A DNA stretch of 64,000 nt from Saprospiraceae bacterium (GCA_041392785.1 JAWKLK010000010.1:141741-205740), one strand, 5' to 3'; numbered from the stretch's first letter, positions 47,701-57,260 are shown. The notes: generated by a model from the letters alone, not told the origin. Translations and numbers: made by a program.

Positions 47701-50700
47701 TGCCAACGGATGTACTGGTACCGATGATATTGGTATCACTGTCAATCCTGCCGCTATGCACTCTACTTGTGGTGATGCATTCGATGCAGGAGGCGGCACA
47801 GCTGGAGCTAGTGTTTCAGGTAATAATGAATGTGGATCTATGTCAGGCATCTGTGGTGCACAAGGTGAATCAACAGTATATATTTCTTACACAGTTCCAC
47901 CTGAAGGATTACAAACTTTATCTGCTAATCTAGGCGGATTAGCAAATGGTGTTGTTATGGCAAGTGAAGGAAACTGTGGTGGTTCAATAGGTAATTGTTC
48001 AGACGAAGTTATAATCGATTGCCCTACAAAAGGAGCAACCTATTACTTTGCTGTTAGTTCATCCCGTGCTGATGCGGGAGATTTTAGTTTATCTATTAGA
48101 GCAGAACAACCGCTGGTCACAATTTCTGGTCATACATATGTAGACCTAGATGCTAGCGGAACATATGGAGGAATTGATTCAGGTTTAACTGGAGTTCCTC
48201 TTGAATTGGTTGAGGGGTGCCCAGGTAATGGTACAGTGGTTGCAACAACCACTTCTGCGGATGATGGCAGCTATTCTTTCCAAAATGTGCCTCCAGGTAT
48301 GTATACAGTACAAGTTCAAGCAGGTGCACCTGGAGCTCCGATGGATCATCCAAGTCCTGCAGATTGCTGTATCACAATAGATCCATGTATGCCGGATGGG
48401 CCATATGAATGTGATCTCGGTTGGCCTCCACCAGACTGTTCATCAAACCCTTATTCGGTGGATAATATATGCGACCAAGCATACAATAATCCACTTTGTA
48501 ATCTTACGGTTATTGAGCAATGGCCTTGCGGTCAAAACCCTTCTGAAATGGGACCATGGCTGAATGCTGGTCACTGCGGTGGTGTATTTCATAATACATC
48601 TTTTTACGGTTTTGTAGCAGGTACAGGTGATTATCAGATCGAATTCACCATTTTTGCTTGTGCAGGGACAGGAGTGCAATATGGTATTTACTCAGAATGC
48701 GACCCTAATGCAGGTCCTATCTGTGATGGAAATGCCAATACAGGTACAATAGTGGTGGATGCTAGTCAACTTACTCCTTGTCAGACATATGTATTTTGGA
48801 TTGATGGGTTTAGTGGGTCTGTATGTAGTTATTTTGTGCATGTTATTGGCGATTTTAATGAGTGTCAACTTCCACCTATTGAAGACATTGTTATTGATTC
48901 TGATTGTGCCCCCTTATGTCCATCTATCACATATCCTCTTAGAGTGAACGCAATCGCTGATTCTGAATTATCTAATGTCAGTGGAGTTGAGTTTCATTGG
49001 AAAATTACAACCCCATCATCATCAATATATGAATTTGTAAACGATCAATTAACTATTGATTATACCTTTGCTGAAGCTGGTACTTATGAAATATGTATAT
49101 CTTCCTATCACCCTTGTCCAGGATTGTCTACGCCTTTGTGCAGAGAATTTGAATTCATTCCATTGGAAGACGATTATATGGAATTTAAAATTTGTACAGC
49201 AGATTTTCCATTTGTAGGTGCTTTTGATGAATTTGGAGAAGAAATATTTGATAAGCATGATAATCCTTGGGGATGGATTGGAGGGCCAATTACACTCGCC
49301 ATGGTGCGGAGCGGTAACTTCCAGTTTACGAGTCCGATGGTCAATAAATGCGGTTGTTCCTATGAGCAAACGGTACGAATTCAAGAAGTAAAAACTGGGG
49401 TTGGGTACCAACACATAGCACTCTGTCCGAGTGAACTGCCTTTTACAATAGCAGATACAACATTTAATACAAATGTTGATAGCTTCCTCATAAGCTTGCC
49501 TGGAGTAACCACCAATAATGGCTGTGATACAGTCATAAGTCTTACCACTAGAATATTGAATATGGGTGGCCAAATAAGGCAATCACCTTGTATGGAAGAT
49601 GGCATTGAACTCAGTTTCAATATGGGTGCAGCATTTTTAAATGCAGATAGAGATAGCCTTAAGTTTATTTGGCATGATCCATCTGGTTCAATTATCACAG
49701 ATAATGACTCTGATTCAACAGATGTCATTGTTCCTGTATCACAAACAGGGTTATATTTATTAGATATACGTGTTTATAAATTTGGAGATTCGTGTACCTT
49801 CAACTTTACACATAATATGACGGTGATAAAACCTTTACAACCTGAAGCTGATAATTGGCAACTCAAAGTATGTGAAGACGAAGGCAATATAACCTACGGC
49901 ATATTAAGCCCTGATCCAACCAAACAATATATTTGGAGTGTTCCAAATACTGCAACAAAAATTCAAGACGACAGTACAGGTACCATCATTATCCAATGGA
50001 ATGGTCCAACTGGAGGTCAAGTCTGCGTTTTTGCTAGAGACTTCTGTGGGGACAGTCCTCCAGAGTGTGCCAATGTGGTATTCGTGGACATGACAGATCC
50101 TGCCTTTTCTATCATAGAAGAAGTTTGTAAAGATGCTCCTATTACGGTAGTGGCCACTTCTTCACACATAGCGGGTACAGTGTATAATTGGGACTTTGAT
50201 GGTGGCACTACTACTGGTCCTACTACAGGCCCCGGACCATATAGCGTATCATGGAATACTCCAGGTCAAAAAATTGTAACCCTTTCTGTTAATGAAAATG
50301 GTTGTATTTCAGGTCCAGCTATGGATACAATAAATGTCATTGATCCTCCAGTACCTCCTATATTTGGTTGTACATCAGATCAAACAACTGTGACATTTTC
50401 ATGGGATGACTATCCTGGAGCACTTTCCTATACAGTCAATGTGATAAGTGCACCTGCAGGACATACCACGTCACAGGTTGGAAATAGTTTTATTGTTGGA
50501 AATTTGGCAGTTAATACAAATGTTGTAGCAGAACTAGTTGTGACTACACCAGGGCCTTGCCCAAGTCCTGCTCCAGTTCAGACAGATTGTACCACTCAAA
50601 ATTGTACACCGCCTACTATTACTTTTGATCAGGTTGCATCATTATGTCTGGTACCGAATACACCTGTAATTGACCTAGCAGGAAATATTACGGTTACACC

Positions 50701-53700
50701 TAACGATCCTGGCACAGGTGTTTTCACTAGCTCACCAGTAGCTTCATCAGTTACTACTGTTGGTATATTTGATCCAAATATAGCGGGCGTTGGTTCACAT
50801 AAGATTACATACACGTACACAACGGACCTAGGCTGTGTCGCAAAAGATGATATTACCATTGTAGTCAAAGAAACCCCACTCGCAACATTTGTCACGGACA
50901 AAGATGTTTCTTGTATTCTTGACCCAATAGTGGTGACATACACAGGAGGTACTACTGGTGCCACGTATGATTGGGATTTTGGTCCTTATGTCGTAGGAAC
51001 CTATAATGGTCCTGGCCCGCATAGTGTTATCTGGGATACTGCCCTTGTGCATACCATAAGACTTGTAGTTACAAAAAATGGCTGTCCTTCTGTAGAAGTT
51101 ACAAAAGACATCACCATTGAACCAGAACTTGATAAACCTGTCATCACTTGTGCAGATCAGAGAAAAGATGGAGTTACTTTCGGTTGGGAAGCAGTGGAAA
51201 ATGCAACATCTTATCAAATTTTCATTAATGGTGCACTGCAAGGTACTCAATCTACATTAACATATGATGTGAATGGCTTAATGGAAAAAGAAACAGCGAC
51301 AATCAGGGTCGTAGCGATCAGTGATAACGCATGCCCAGATTCCGAAAACACCAAATCATGTATTGCAACATCGTGTCAACCTATTACACTGACAATTCCA
51401 AATCCGAACCAAAGCTTGTGCCTCGATGCTGCTGCTACAAATATTCCTTTGACAGTAAACATAATTGGAAATACGGGTACTGGAAGCCCAACTCAAATTT
51501 GGTCTGGTACAGGTGTCAATGATGCAACGAAGATCTTTGATCCAAGAGTAGCAGGAGTTGGATCACATGAAGTCAAAGTCGTAGTTTTATATGATGATAA
51601 TGCATGTGCTGATTCAACAACCATGCTGATCACCGTCAAACAGGTACCTACAGCTACCTTCACAAGCCCTGATGTAATTTGTATAACAGATGCACTCACA
51701 GTTACCTATAATGGGAATGCTGCCACTGGAACTTATAGTTGGGATTTCGGATCCGATGTCATTGGTACCTACACTGGCAAAGGACCCCATGATGTTGTTT
51801 GGACAAATCCTGGTGTTAAAGACATTACATTGACAGTGACTAGTAATGGATGTACGTCAACTCCTTTCACTAAAAAAGTCACCGTTGATCCAACATTAGA
51901 AGCACCAATCATTGCTTGTACAAACCCAAGGAAGGATGGCGTTACATTCTCTTGGGATCCCGTACTATATGCGAATAGTTATGATATCCTTGTAGGTGGC
52001 GTATCTCAAGGTGTACAATCTGGTACTACATTTGATATCAATGGCTTAAATCAAAATGATAAGGTAACCATTGAAGTCATAGCATTAAGCAATAATGCAT
52101 GTCCGGATGTGATGGCTTCACAAGAATGCGAAGCAACGGATTGCCCAATACCAACATTGACACTTCCTGCAGATATGACTGTATGTAACTATGCAAATGC
52201 AGCAAAAGTACCACTCACAGTGACAGTCACCGGCAATACTGGTGTTGGCACTCCTGTAGAAACTTGGTCAGGACCTGGTGTAGACGATATAACAAAAACA
52301 TTTGATCCAACAATTGCTGGAGTAGGAACACATACCATCACATTAGTTTATAAGTATGACAATAATGAATGCGAAACAACAAAAACATTCAAAATTCTTG
52401 TCAGAGCACTACCTATAGCTAAGTTCACTGCTCCTGATACTATTTGTGTTTCAGATCCTCTAATAGTGACGTATACTGGCACTAAAACTGCCGATTTACA
52501 ACTGAACTGGGCAAATGATCCAGCAGTCAGGACAGATCTTGGTAATGATGAGTATAGCTTCCACTATGCACTTCCAGGTATTTACACCATTAATTTGGTA
52601 ATAGATGCTAATGGTTGTACTTCTGAGCCTTTCAGTAAAGATGTCGTGGTGACTGATATTATTCCTGCTCCTATCATAACCTGTTCAACAACATTGAGTT
52701 CTGTAAAATTCTCTTGGAATGATAACAGTTGTTATGATGAATTTGAGAGAATCGTTAATGGCACCAATGAAGGGCTTTCCACTTTGCGAGAATACGAAGT
52801 TACTGGATTAAATGAAGGAGATAAGGTTACATTAGATTTAAAAACAATTTCTGATTGTCCATGTCCTGTTCCAGATGTCTCCAAAGAATGCGTTGCCCAA
52901 GCTTGTCCACCGGTGGTATTGAATCTCGCCGCCGCGCAGACACAAATTTGTTTTACTGACAATATCACAACGTCGATTCAAATTACTGCAACGGTGACTG
53001 GAAATACGCCAGATGGTAAAGGCGTTTGGTCTGGTCCAAACATTGATCAAAACGGTGTATTTAATCCAAAAGCGGCAGGATTAGGAATTCATCAGTTTAC
53101 CTATACTTACACAGACAGCGACTGTGAGTTCAGTGAAACAACTTCCATCAATGTGACACCAGTACCTGAAATAACTTGGGAAATTGAAAATCCTGCATGC
53201 TACAATCTTACAACTGGATCATTTATTTATTCTGTTGATAATGGAACTGGCCCATATACCACAAAAGTTGACAATATCACTGTCAATAATGGTAATGCTT
53301 CTGGCATCCTAATTGGCCAACACCAAGTTGTAGTGACAGATGCAAATGGATGTGTTGTGACAGATAATTTTGAAATAACAGCAGCAAATCAACCAACGGC
53401 AGATATATCAGGACCTGTAATAGTGCAGCTTGGTAGTTCTACAACGCACACGCTTGTACTCAATGGCATCAATTTACAAGTTGTTGATTCTATCTCTTGG
53501 CTACAAAATGGAGTTAGAGTATGTGCAAGTGATGTGAAGTGTTTACAACTTGATCAAACACCTGTATTAGGTGAATATGTCATCGATGTAACCATCTATT
53601 ATAATAGCGGCTGTAGCATTACAACACAGCATAAATTTATTGTGTCCGATAAATATACTATTGATTTCCCAACTATTTTCTATCCAGAAAGTAAGAGTGG

Positions 53701-53947
53701 TAATAGCTCATTCCATATTTCCACAGGAGATCCAAGTCTTTGGGTGAAAAAGATGCGTATTTATGACAGATGGGGTAATCTTGTTTTTGAAGCTAGTGAA
53801 TTCAGTGGCTACATAGATCCTGTAGCTTGGAATGGAACTTATGCTGGAAAAAATGTTGAACAAGGAGTATATGTTTACGTATTTGATTTGAGTACAGAAG
53901 ATAACCCAAGTTTTATAAAATCTGGTGATATCACTTTAATAAGATGA
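44738..53947 (+). CDS. Giant (3069-aa) modular T9SS cargo protein with a type B C-terminal domain
   Basis: Signal peptide MKKFVHFIALCILVWVTPLYGA. About 6 Ig-like modules (C.GD...Y.W...G.Y.VTVTD.NGCT). 3 x ~105-aa repeats (46545-47495). SdrD-B/Cna-B-like segment (48121-48320). Cys-rich region (48364-48880). 4 x ~770-nt PKD-like/FN3-like/Ig-like super-repeats (about 50095-53150). Type B CTD at the end. Confidence 0.9.
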   Translation: MKKFVHFIALCILVWVTPLYGATPKHPILIAYELCHSVDNGTQSRIFHTAPIHGEGIFSTDCNNPTDITGSPFNGFLSGGVSTYYSVDLAAGESVVFSGPSNIVIATDCAGGTTPLAPICNSGGETVIIRVTPINPGTYAISANIYTLTADLTFSESSNVVDDGIVCFGDQFSLLATGNGSSGYSYSWTGPYGPTGSNPILTHNSSAQVGTQTYTVTITDINNCTATSSVDIILADDIGFTINPDDNSLCEGDQLTMDISWSVGSGGSYDFEWTLPDGSTSTDAPPLVIDPVDPSHTGTYTLVATEQSTGCSSSATYSTVTVNALPSVDDITNSDSDDIICHNATFSLSTVTSGTGTIISWDWEGTNGWTGTGNPVNITNTTVSTETVTYSVTVTDNNGCTNTGTHDVTLLEEILFTITSTESSGTAPDDDNLCEGDDLSFDLNFTSGDTGDFSYNWSSTGGYTGTDAPPFTINGVDNTHAGTYNVTVTDNTSGCSSTATYGTIVIHALPTITINHTEMSGIAPNDMNVCEDYDNLQFTVTFNTGNNAGAMYEWELANGSTSTDYPLVINPVTPADAGDYSVTVTDANGCTATSIFQSITVNPLPVANPTTLHACELTLGSGQGEFILTDAELSPDYPTTNQNEISDVDDGASNVTVTYHNSMADAENDVLPLSSPLTRGNGSIWVRVEDTTTGCYEVAEVTLMVESLPTVANTTLKACEDLPPGSGTGSFILTDAEDAPSYPTNQNDGAEIDNGDVRDVTFHPTLLDAQNNTGEIDKNTPFTSPNGTIWARIEDPTTKCYNTAQITLEVILPPAGSITTLRECEDPAGSGMADFTLSDAELAPDFPNTNSNSIADIDNGQTRTVMYYATQADAESDSSPIGDGSYPDNTIIYARIVDDATGCFRVVEVTLDVLEAPNPEILHDGVPDDFTICENDPFNLTLSLTTGLAPYMFNWTLPDGSTNMGSSISVAQADPATHHGVWVVTVTDANGCTGTDDIGITVNPAAMHSTCGDAFDAGGGTAGASVSGNNECGSMSGICGAQGESTVYISYTVPPEGLQTLSANLGGLANGVVMASEGNCGGSIGNCSDEVIIDCPTKGATYYFAVSSSRADAGDFSLSIRAEQPLVTISGHTYVDLDASGTYGGIDSGLTGVPLELVEGCPGNGTVVATTTSADDGSYSFQNVPPGMYTVQVQAGAPGAPMDHPSPADCCITIDPCMPDGPYECDLGWPPPDCSSNPYSVDNICDQAYNNPLCNLTVIEQWPCGQNPSEMGPWLNAGHCGGVFHNTSFYGFVAGTGDYQIEFTIFACAGTGVQYGIYSECDPNAGPICDGNANTGTIVVDASQLTPCQTYVFWIDGFSGSVCSYFVHVIGDFNECQLPPIEDIVIDSDCAPLCPSITYPLRVNAIADSELSNVSGVEFHWKITTPSSSIYEFVNDQLTIDYTFAEAGTYEICISSYHPCPGLSTPLCREFEFIPLEDDYMEFKICTADFPFVGAFDEFGEEIFDKHDNPWGWIGGPITLAMVRSGNFQFTSPMVNKCGCSYEQTVRIQEVKTGVGYQHIALCPSELPFTIADTTFNTNVDSFLISLPGVTTNNGCDTVISLTTRILNMGGQIRQSPCMEDGIELSFNMGAAFLNADRDSLKFIWHDPSGSIITDNDSDSTDVIVPVSQTGLYLLDIRVYKFGDSCTFNFTHNMTVIKPLQPEADNWQLKVCEDEGNITYGILSPDPTKQYIWSVPNTATKIQDDSTGTIIIQWNGPTGGQVCVFARDFCGDSPPECANVVFVDMTDPAFSIIEEVCKDAPITVVATSSHIAGTVYNWDFDGGTTTGPTTGPGPYSVSWNTPGQKIVTLSVNENGCISGPAMDTINVIDPPVPPIFGCTSDQTTVTFSWDDYPGALSYTVNVISAPAGHTTSQVGNSFIVGNLAVNTNVVAELVVTTPGPCPSPAPVQTDCTTQNCTPPTITFDQVASLCLVPNTPVIDLAGNITVTPNDPGTGVFTSSPVASSVTTVGIFDPNIAGVGSHKITYTYTTDLGCVAKDDITIVVKETPLATFVTDKDVSCILDPIVVTYTGGTTGATYDWDFGPYVVGTYNGPGPHSVIWDTALVHTIRLVVTKNGCPSVEVTKDITIEPELDKPVITCADQRKDGVTFGWEAVENATSYQIFINGALQGTQSTLTYDVNGLMEKETATIRVVAISDNACPDSENTKSCIATSCQPITLTIPNPNQSLCLDAAATNIPLTVNIIGNTGTGSPTQIWSGTGVNDATKIFDPRVAGVGSHEVKVVVLYDDNACADSTTMLITVKQVPTATFTSPDVICITDALTVTYNGNAATGTYSWDFGSDVIGTYTGKGPHDVVWTNPGVKDITLTVTSNGCTSTPFTKKVTVDPTLEAPIIACTNPRKDGVTFSWDPVLYANSYDILVGGVSQGVQSGTTFDINGLNQNDKVTIEVIALSNNACPDVMASQECEATDCPIPTLTLPADMTVCNYANAAKVPLTVTVTGNTGVGTPVETWSGPGVDDITKTFDPTIAGVGTHTITLVYKYDNNECETTKTFKILVRALPIAKFTAPDTICVSDPLIVTYTGTKTADLQLNWANDPAVRTDLGNDEYSFHYALPGIYTINLVIDANGCTSEPFSKDVVVTDIIPAPIITCSTTLSSVKFSWNDNSCYDEFERIVNGTNEGLSTLREYEVTGLNEGDKVTLDLKTISDCPCPVPDVSKECVAQACPPVVLNLAAAQTQICFTDNITTSIQITATVTGNTPDGKGVWSGPNIDQNGVFNPKAAGLGIHQFTYTYTDSDCEFSETTSINVTPVPEITWEIENPACYNLTTGSFIYSVDNGTGPYTTKVDNITVNNGNASGILIGQHQVVVTDANGCVVTDNFEITAANQPTADISGPVIVQLGSSTTHTLVLNGINLQVVDSISWLQNGVRVCASDVKCLQLDQTPVLGEYVIDVTIYYNSGCSITTQHKFIVSDKYTIDFPTIFYPESKSGNSSFHISTGDPSLWVKKMRIYDRWGNLVFEASEFSGYIDPVAWNGTYAGKNVEQGVYVYVFDLSTEDNPSFIKSGDITLIR
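53648..53944 (+). other. T9SS type B C-terminal domain (gliding motility-associated C-terminal domain, TIGR04131-like)
   Basis: DKYTIDFPTIFYPESKSGNSSFHI...MRIYDRWGNLVFEAS...WNGTYAGKNVEQGVYVYVFDL...KSGDITLIR matches the F.PNGDG.ND.F...IY.RWG..V......W.G......(V/L)..G.Y.Y.......G.(V/I)TLIR pattern. Confidence 0.8.
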
Positions 53948-53958
53948 TGATTTCGAAT

Positions 53959-53990
53959 AAAAAAAGGGGTTTTTTGCCCCTTTTTTTATT
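53959..53990 (+). terminator. Weak rho-independent terminator candidate
   Basis: aaggggttttttgcccctt short GC stem followed by a T7 run. Confidence 0.5.
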
Positions 53991-54073
53991 TTCGCCCAAT
54001 TCTCATTAAATTCTTTTTGACTTTTTCTATTTTTATCAAAGATCAAATGTATTTTTACACATATTTATATGAT

Positions 54074-54895
54074 ATGTTGAAATATGTGTTATACATGGTT
54101 GTATTTTTATCTGTAAATATCCAAATCCAAGCACAGATAGGATTTCAACCAATTCAGGGTGCTGTATTCAATAGCTTAGGCCGCGCAGGTGTGACCTTCG
54201 AAGGGATAGAAGCCATTTATAGCAATCAAGCTTGCTTGTCAAGTATAAAAGGATTAGCCGCTGATATAACTTTTGAAAGGCGCTTTAATCTCAAAGAATT
54301 GGATATAATTTCTCTGTCTGTTGCTAAGAAATTTAACAATTACGGAATTTTCGGGATAAGTATTTCACAGTTTGGCTTTTCTAAATATAATGAACAAAAA
54401 ATAGGTTTAGCATATGGAAAACTCCTAAGTAAAAATATTTCAATTGGAGGACAATTTGACTATTTAAAATTGAATATTGAAGGATATGAAACACAAAGCT
54501 TCATAACTTTTGAGATAGGAACTAAAGTTCAACTTTCTAATCAATTTTCAATAGGTGCTCACGTCTTCAACCCAATAAACCAAAAAATAAACGAGTATGA
54601 CGATCTATATACGAGATTCAGAATAGGTTTACAATATAGCCCATCAAACAAAGTTTTACTTATGGCTGATGCAGATAAAACCACCTATAAAAATGTACTT
54701 TTCAAAATTGGGGTCGCTTACAGAATATTACAACCGATACAAATTTATTTAGGATCTGATATAACAAATCAAATTTTCGGCTTTGGCTTCAAGTATTCGT
54801 TTCAATCTACATATCATATTGCAGGTGGATTTTCGACCAATAATTCTTTGGGACAGACCAGTGCAATTTCACTACAATACTTGAATAAAGAATAA
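54074..54895 (+). CDS. Outer-membrane beta-barrel protein, T9SS-associated type (PorV/PorQ-like or PorP/SprF-like; family not resolved by eye)
   Basis: ATG at 54074 gives the signal peptide MLKYVLYMVVFLSVNIQIQAQ. FNSLGRAGVTFEGIEAIYSNQACLS resembles the ALGGAGVA...NPA.L N-terminal motif of PorQ/PorV-type barrels. Alternating beta-strands to the end. Lies directly downstream of a type B CTD cargo gene. Confidence 0.5.
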   Translation: MLKYVLYMVVFLSVNIQIQAQIGFQPIQGAVFNSLGRAGVTFEGIEAIYSNQACLSSIKGLAADITFERRFNLKELDIISLSVAKKFNNYGIFGISISQFGFSKYNEQKIGLAYGKLLSKNISIGGQFDYLKLNIEGYETQSFITFEIGTKVQLSNQFSIGAHVFNPINQKINEYDDLYTRFRIGLQYSPSNKVLLMADADKTTYKNVLFKIGVAYRILQPIQIYLGSDITNQIFGFGFKYSFQSTYHIAGGFSTNNSLGQTSAISLQYLNKE

Positions 54896-54901
54896 AGGTT
54901 T

Positions 54902-56062
54902 TTGAAAATATTATTTTTAACTTCTCGAGTTCCCTATCCATTAGACAAAGGAGATAAACTTAGGGCATTTTACCAAATCAGAGAATTATCGAAATATCAT
55001 GAGGTGATACTGGTATCTATTTCTGAGGATGACACACCCATTTTTCAGTTAAAAGAACTCAATACCTATGCGACCAAATTATTTTTAATTAGGATTACAC
55101 CATTTGAAAGGTTTTTTTCACTCATAAGAGCATTTACCACAAAATTACCATTCAGTATTGCATGGTTTTATTCAAAAAGAATTCATAATCTCATTGACAC
55201 CATTTATTATAATGAAAACCCTGATATCTGCTTTTGTCAGTTGACAAGAATGGCACCCTATACACAAAATATCATAATTCCAAAGGCTATCGATTATATG
55301 GATGCCTTTGGTATAGGTATGCTTAAAAGAAGCAAAGTGGTAGGTTTTCTAAAAAGATACATTTACACTGCTGAGGCAGCAAGAATGTTGGAATACGAGA
55401 AAAAAATAGCTCCCGAATATGCACATAGATTTATAATATCTGAACAAGATAAAATAGCATTAGAATTACCTTCAAATGTACCCGTTCAAATTATTCCCAA
55501 CGGTATTGATGATATCTTCTTTGAAAATATTGAGGAAGATAAGATTTTTGATTTAGCTTTTGTGGGTAACATGTCTTATTTGCCTAATATAGATGCAGTA
55601 GAGCATTTGGTGTATCACATTTTACCTAAAATAATGTATAAAAATATCACATTGCTTGTAGCTGGGGTTAATCCACATCCAAGGATAAAACAACTACATT
55701 CCAATAATGTAATTGTAAGTGGATGGATGAATGATATACGCCAAGCCTATCATCGCAGCAAGGTATTTGTGGCGCCCATTAATTTTGGAACAGGTCAGCA
55801 AAATAAGGTTCTAGAAGCAATGGCTATTCAATTACCAGTAGTAACAACAGAAAGTGTCAATAATGCAATTGGGGGATTGGATGGATTTCATTTAATGGTG
55901 GCAAATGATGATAAAAGTTTTGCACAAAAAATTGATTTATTATTATCAGATGAGGCACTTAGAAAGAAATTAGGTAAAAATGCAAGCCAATATGTGAAGG
56001 AAAAGTACAATTGGGAAGAAATTGGTGTTCGATTAAATAGTATCTTTGCAGCATCAACATAA
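54902..56062 (+). CDS. Glycosyltransferase family 4 (GT-B, group 1), TTG start
   Basis: 386 aa. [22 protein letters not shown]-terminus. C-terminal [13 protein letters not shown] (E-x7-E region-like) pattern. Confidence 0.8.
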   Translation: MKILFLTSRVPYPLDKGDKLRAFYQIRELSKYHEVILVSISEDDTPIFQLKELNTYATKLFLIRITPFERFFSLIRAFTTKLPFSIAWFYSKRIHNLIDTIYYNENPDICFCQLTRMAPYTQNIIIPKAIDYMDAFGIGMLKRSKVVGFLKRYIYTAEAARMLEYEKKIAPEYAHRFIISEQDKIALELPSNVPVQIIPNGIDDIFFENIEEDKIFDLAFVGNMSYLPNIDAVEHLVYHILPKIMYKNITLLVAGVNPHPRIKQLHSNNVIVSGWMNDIRQAYHRSKVFVAPINFGTGQQNKVLEAMAIQLPVVTTESVNNAIGGLDGFHLMVANDDKSFAQKIDLLLSDEALRKKLGKNASQYVKEKYNWEEIGVRLNSIFAAST

Positions 56063-56068
56063 CATTGT

Positions 56069-57202
56069 ATGACACAAGATTTAGAAATATCCGAAGATGT
56101 CACATTGCACTCTATTGAGGAAGCATTGGAAGATATTACAGCAGGCAAGTTAGTAATTGTAGTGGATGACGAAGACAGAGAAAATGAGGGAGACTTCATT
56201 TGTGCAGCTGAAAAGATCACTCCCGAATTGATCAATTTTATGGCTACACACGGAAGAGGGCTTATTTGTACTCCCATTTTGGAGGAGAGGGCAAAAGAGC
56301 TTGAAATAGACCTAATGGTCAAATCAAATACTGCTATGCATAATACAGCATTCACCGTATCAATAGATCTGATTGGTCAAGGATGCACAACGGGAATTTC
56401 AGCGTATGATAGGGCAACCGGAATTAAAGCTATGGTTGACCCTAATATAAAAGCGAGTGATTTTGCTAGACCTGGACATATTTTTCCACTTATAGCTAAA
56501 AATGGAGGCGTATTAAGGCGAACAGGGCATACAGAAGCTGCGGTAGATTTAGCAAGATTGTGTGGTTTTTATCCTGCTGGAGTGCTAGTAGAAATTTTAA
56601 ATGAAGATGGAACAATGGCTCGTTTGCCTCAGCTTCTTTCTTTAAGTAAAAAACTCAATATTAAAATCATCACTATTAAAGACCTCGTTGCATACAGAAT
56701 GAGGCATGAAAGATTGATTAAACGAGAAATGGAAGCCGATTTAAATACTGAATTCGGTCCTTTCAAAGTAATCGCGTATAAACAGATAAATAATGGTGAT
56801 ATTCACCTGGCTATAACAAGAGGTATATTTCATGAGGAAATCCCTGCATTGGTAAAAGTTCATAGTAATTCTGAAACTGGCGACATCCTTGGAATGCTCT
56901 TTGATGGGTACTCCGCCAAGTTGATAGATTGTTTAAAAACAATTAATAAAGAAAATAATGGTGCGCTCCTTATAATGAGACACGGAGACAATTCATCTTC
57001 TGTTTTGAATAAATTAAAATCTATCGACACTAATGTTAATAACAATCCAATTACAAGTGAGGAGCAGCGAGATTTTGGTATTGGTGCACAGATTCTCAAT
57101 GATCTCGGTATATCAAAAATAAGACTAATCTCTCATCATTCGAAAAGACGTATCGGATTGGTTGGCTATGGTTTAGAAATTGTAGAGAATATAGATATCT
57201 AA
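56069..57202 (+). CDS. ribB: 3,4-dihydroxy-2-butanone-4-phosphate synthase fused to a degenerate GTP cyclohydrolase II-like domain (RibBX-type)
   Basis: The N-terminal DHBP synthase motifs are intact ([31 protein letters not shown]). In the C-terminal domain [22 protein letters not shown] replaces the canonical VHSECLTGD...RCDCG zinc site. Confidence 0.85.
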   Translation: MTQDLEISEDVTLHSIEEALEDITAGKLVIVVDDEDRENEGDFICAAEKITPELINFMATHGRGLICTPILEERAKELEIDLMVKSNTAMHNTAFTVSIDLIGQGCTTGISAYDRATGIKAMVDPNIKASDFARPGHIFPLIAKNGGVLRRTGHTEAAVDLARLCGFYPAGVLVEILNEDGTMARLPQLLSLSKKLNIKIITIKDLVAYRMRHERLIKREMEADLNTEFGPFKVIAYKQINNGDIHLAITRGIFHEEIPALVKVHSNSETGDILGMLFDGYSAKLIDCLKTINKENNGALLIMRHGDNSSSVLNKLKSIDTNVNNNPITSEEQRDFGIGAQILNDLGISKIRLISHHSKRRIGLVGYGLEIVENIDI

Positions 57203-57239
57203 GTTTCTACTTTACTTTCATGTCTGTCACCAAACTCAT

Positions 57240-57260
57240 CTGAATTATCCTTTAATTCAG
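57240..57260. terminator. Hairpin between convergent ribB-type and alpha-2-macroglobulin-like genes
   Basis: 8-bp stem ctgaatta / taattcag with a 5-nt loop. No strong T-run, so the terminator call is weak. Confidence 0.4.

Noticed and set aside
45522-53050. Antisense or alternative-frame ORFs inside the 3069-aa gene (for example 49049-49582, 49381-49728, 50629-50964, 50828-51250)
   Set aside because: Same reasoning as above. They are embedded in a well-supported modular ORF and have no independent start context, motifs or promoter boxes.
54017-54073. TTG start at 54017 for the beta-barrel gene
   Set aside because: The extension (MTFSIFIKDQMYFYTYLYD) is not signal-peptide-like, whereas ATG 54074 gives MLKYVLYMVVFLSVNIQIQAQ. 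The choice remains tentative.
56063-56068. FMN riboswitch upstream of the ribB-type gene
   Set aside because: Only 6 nt separate it from the GT4 stop codon, so there is no space for a riboswitch.
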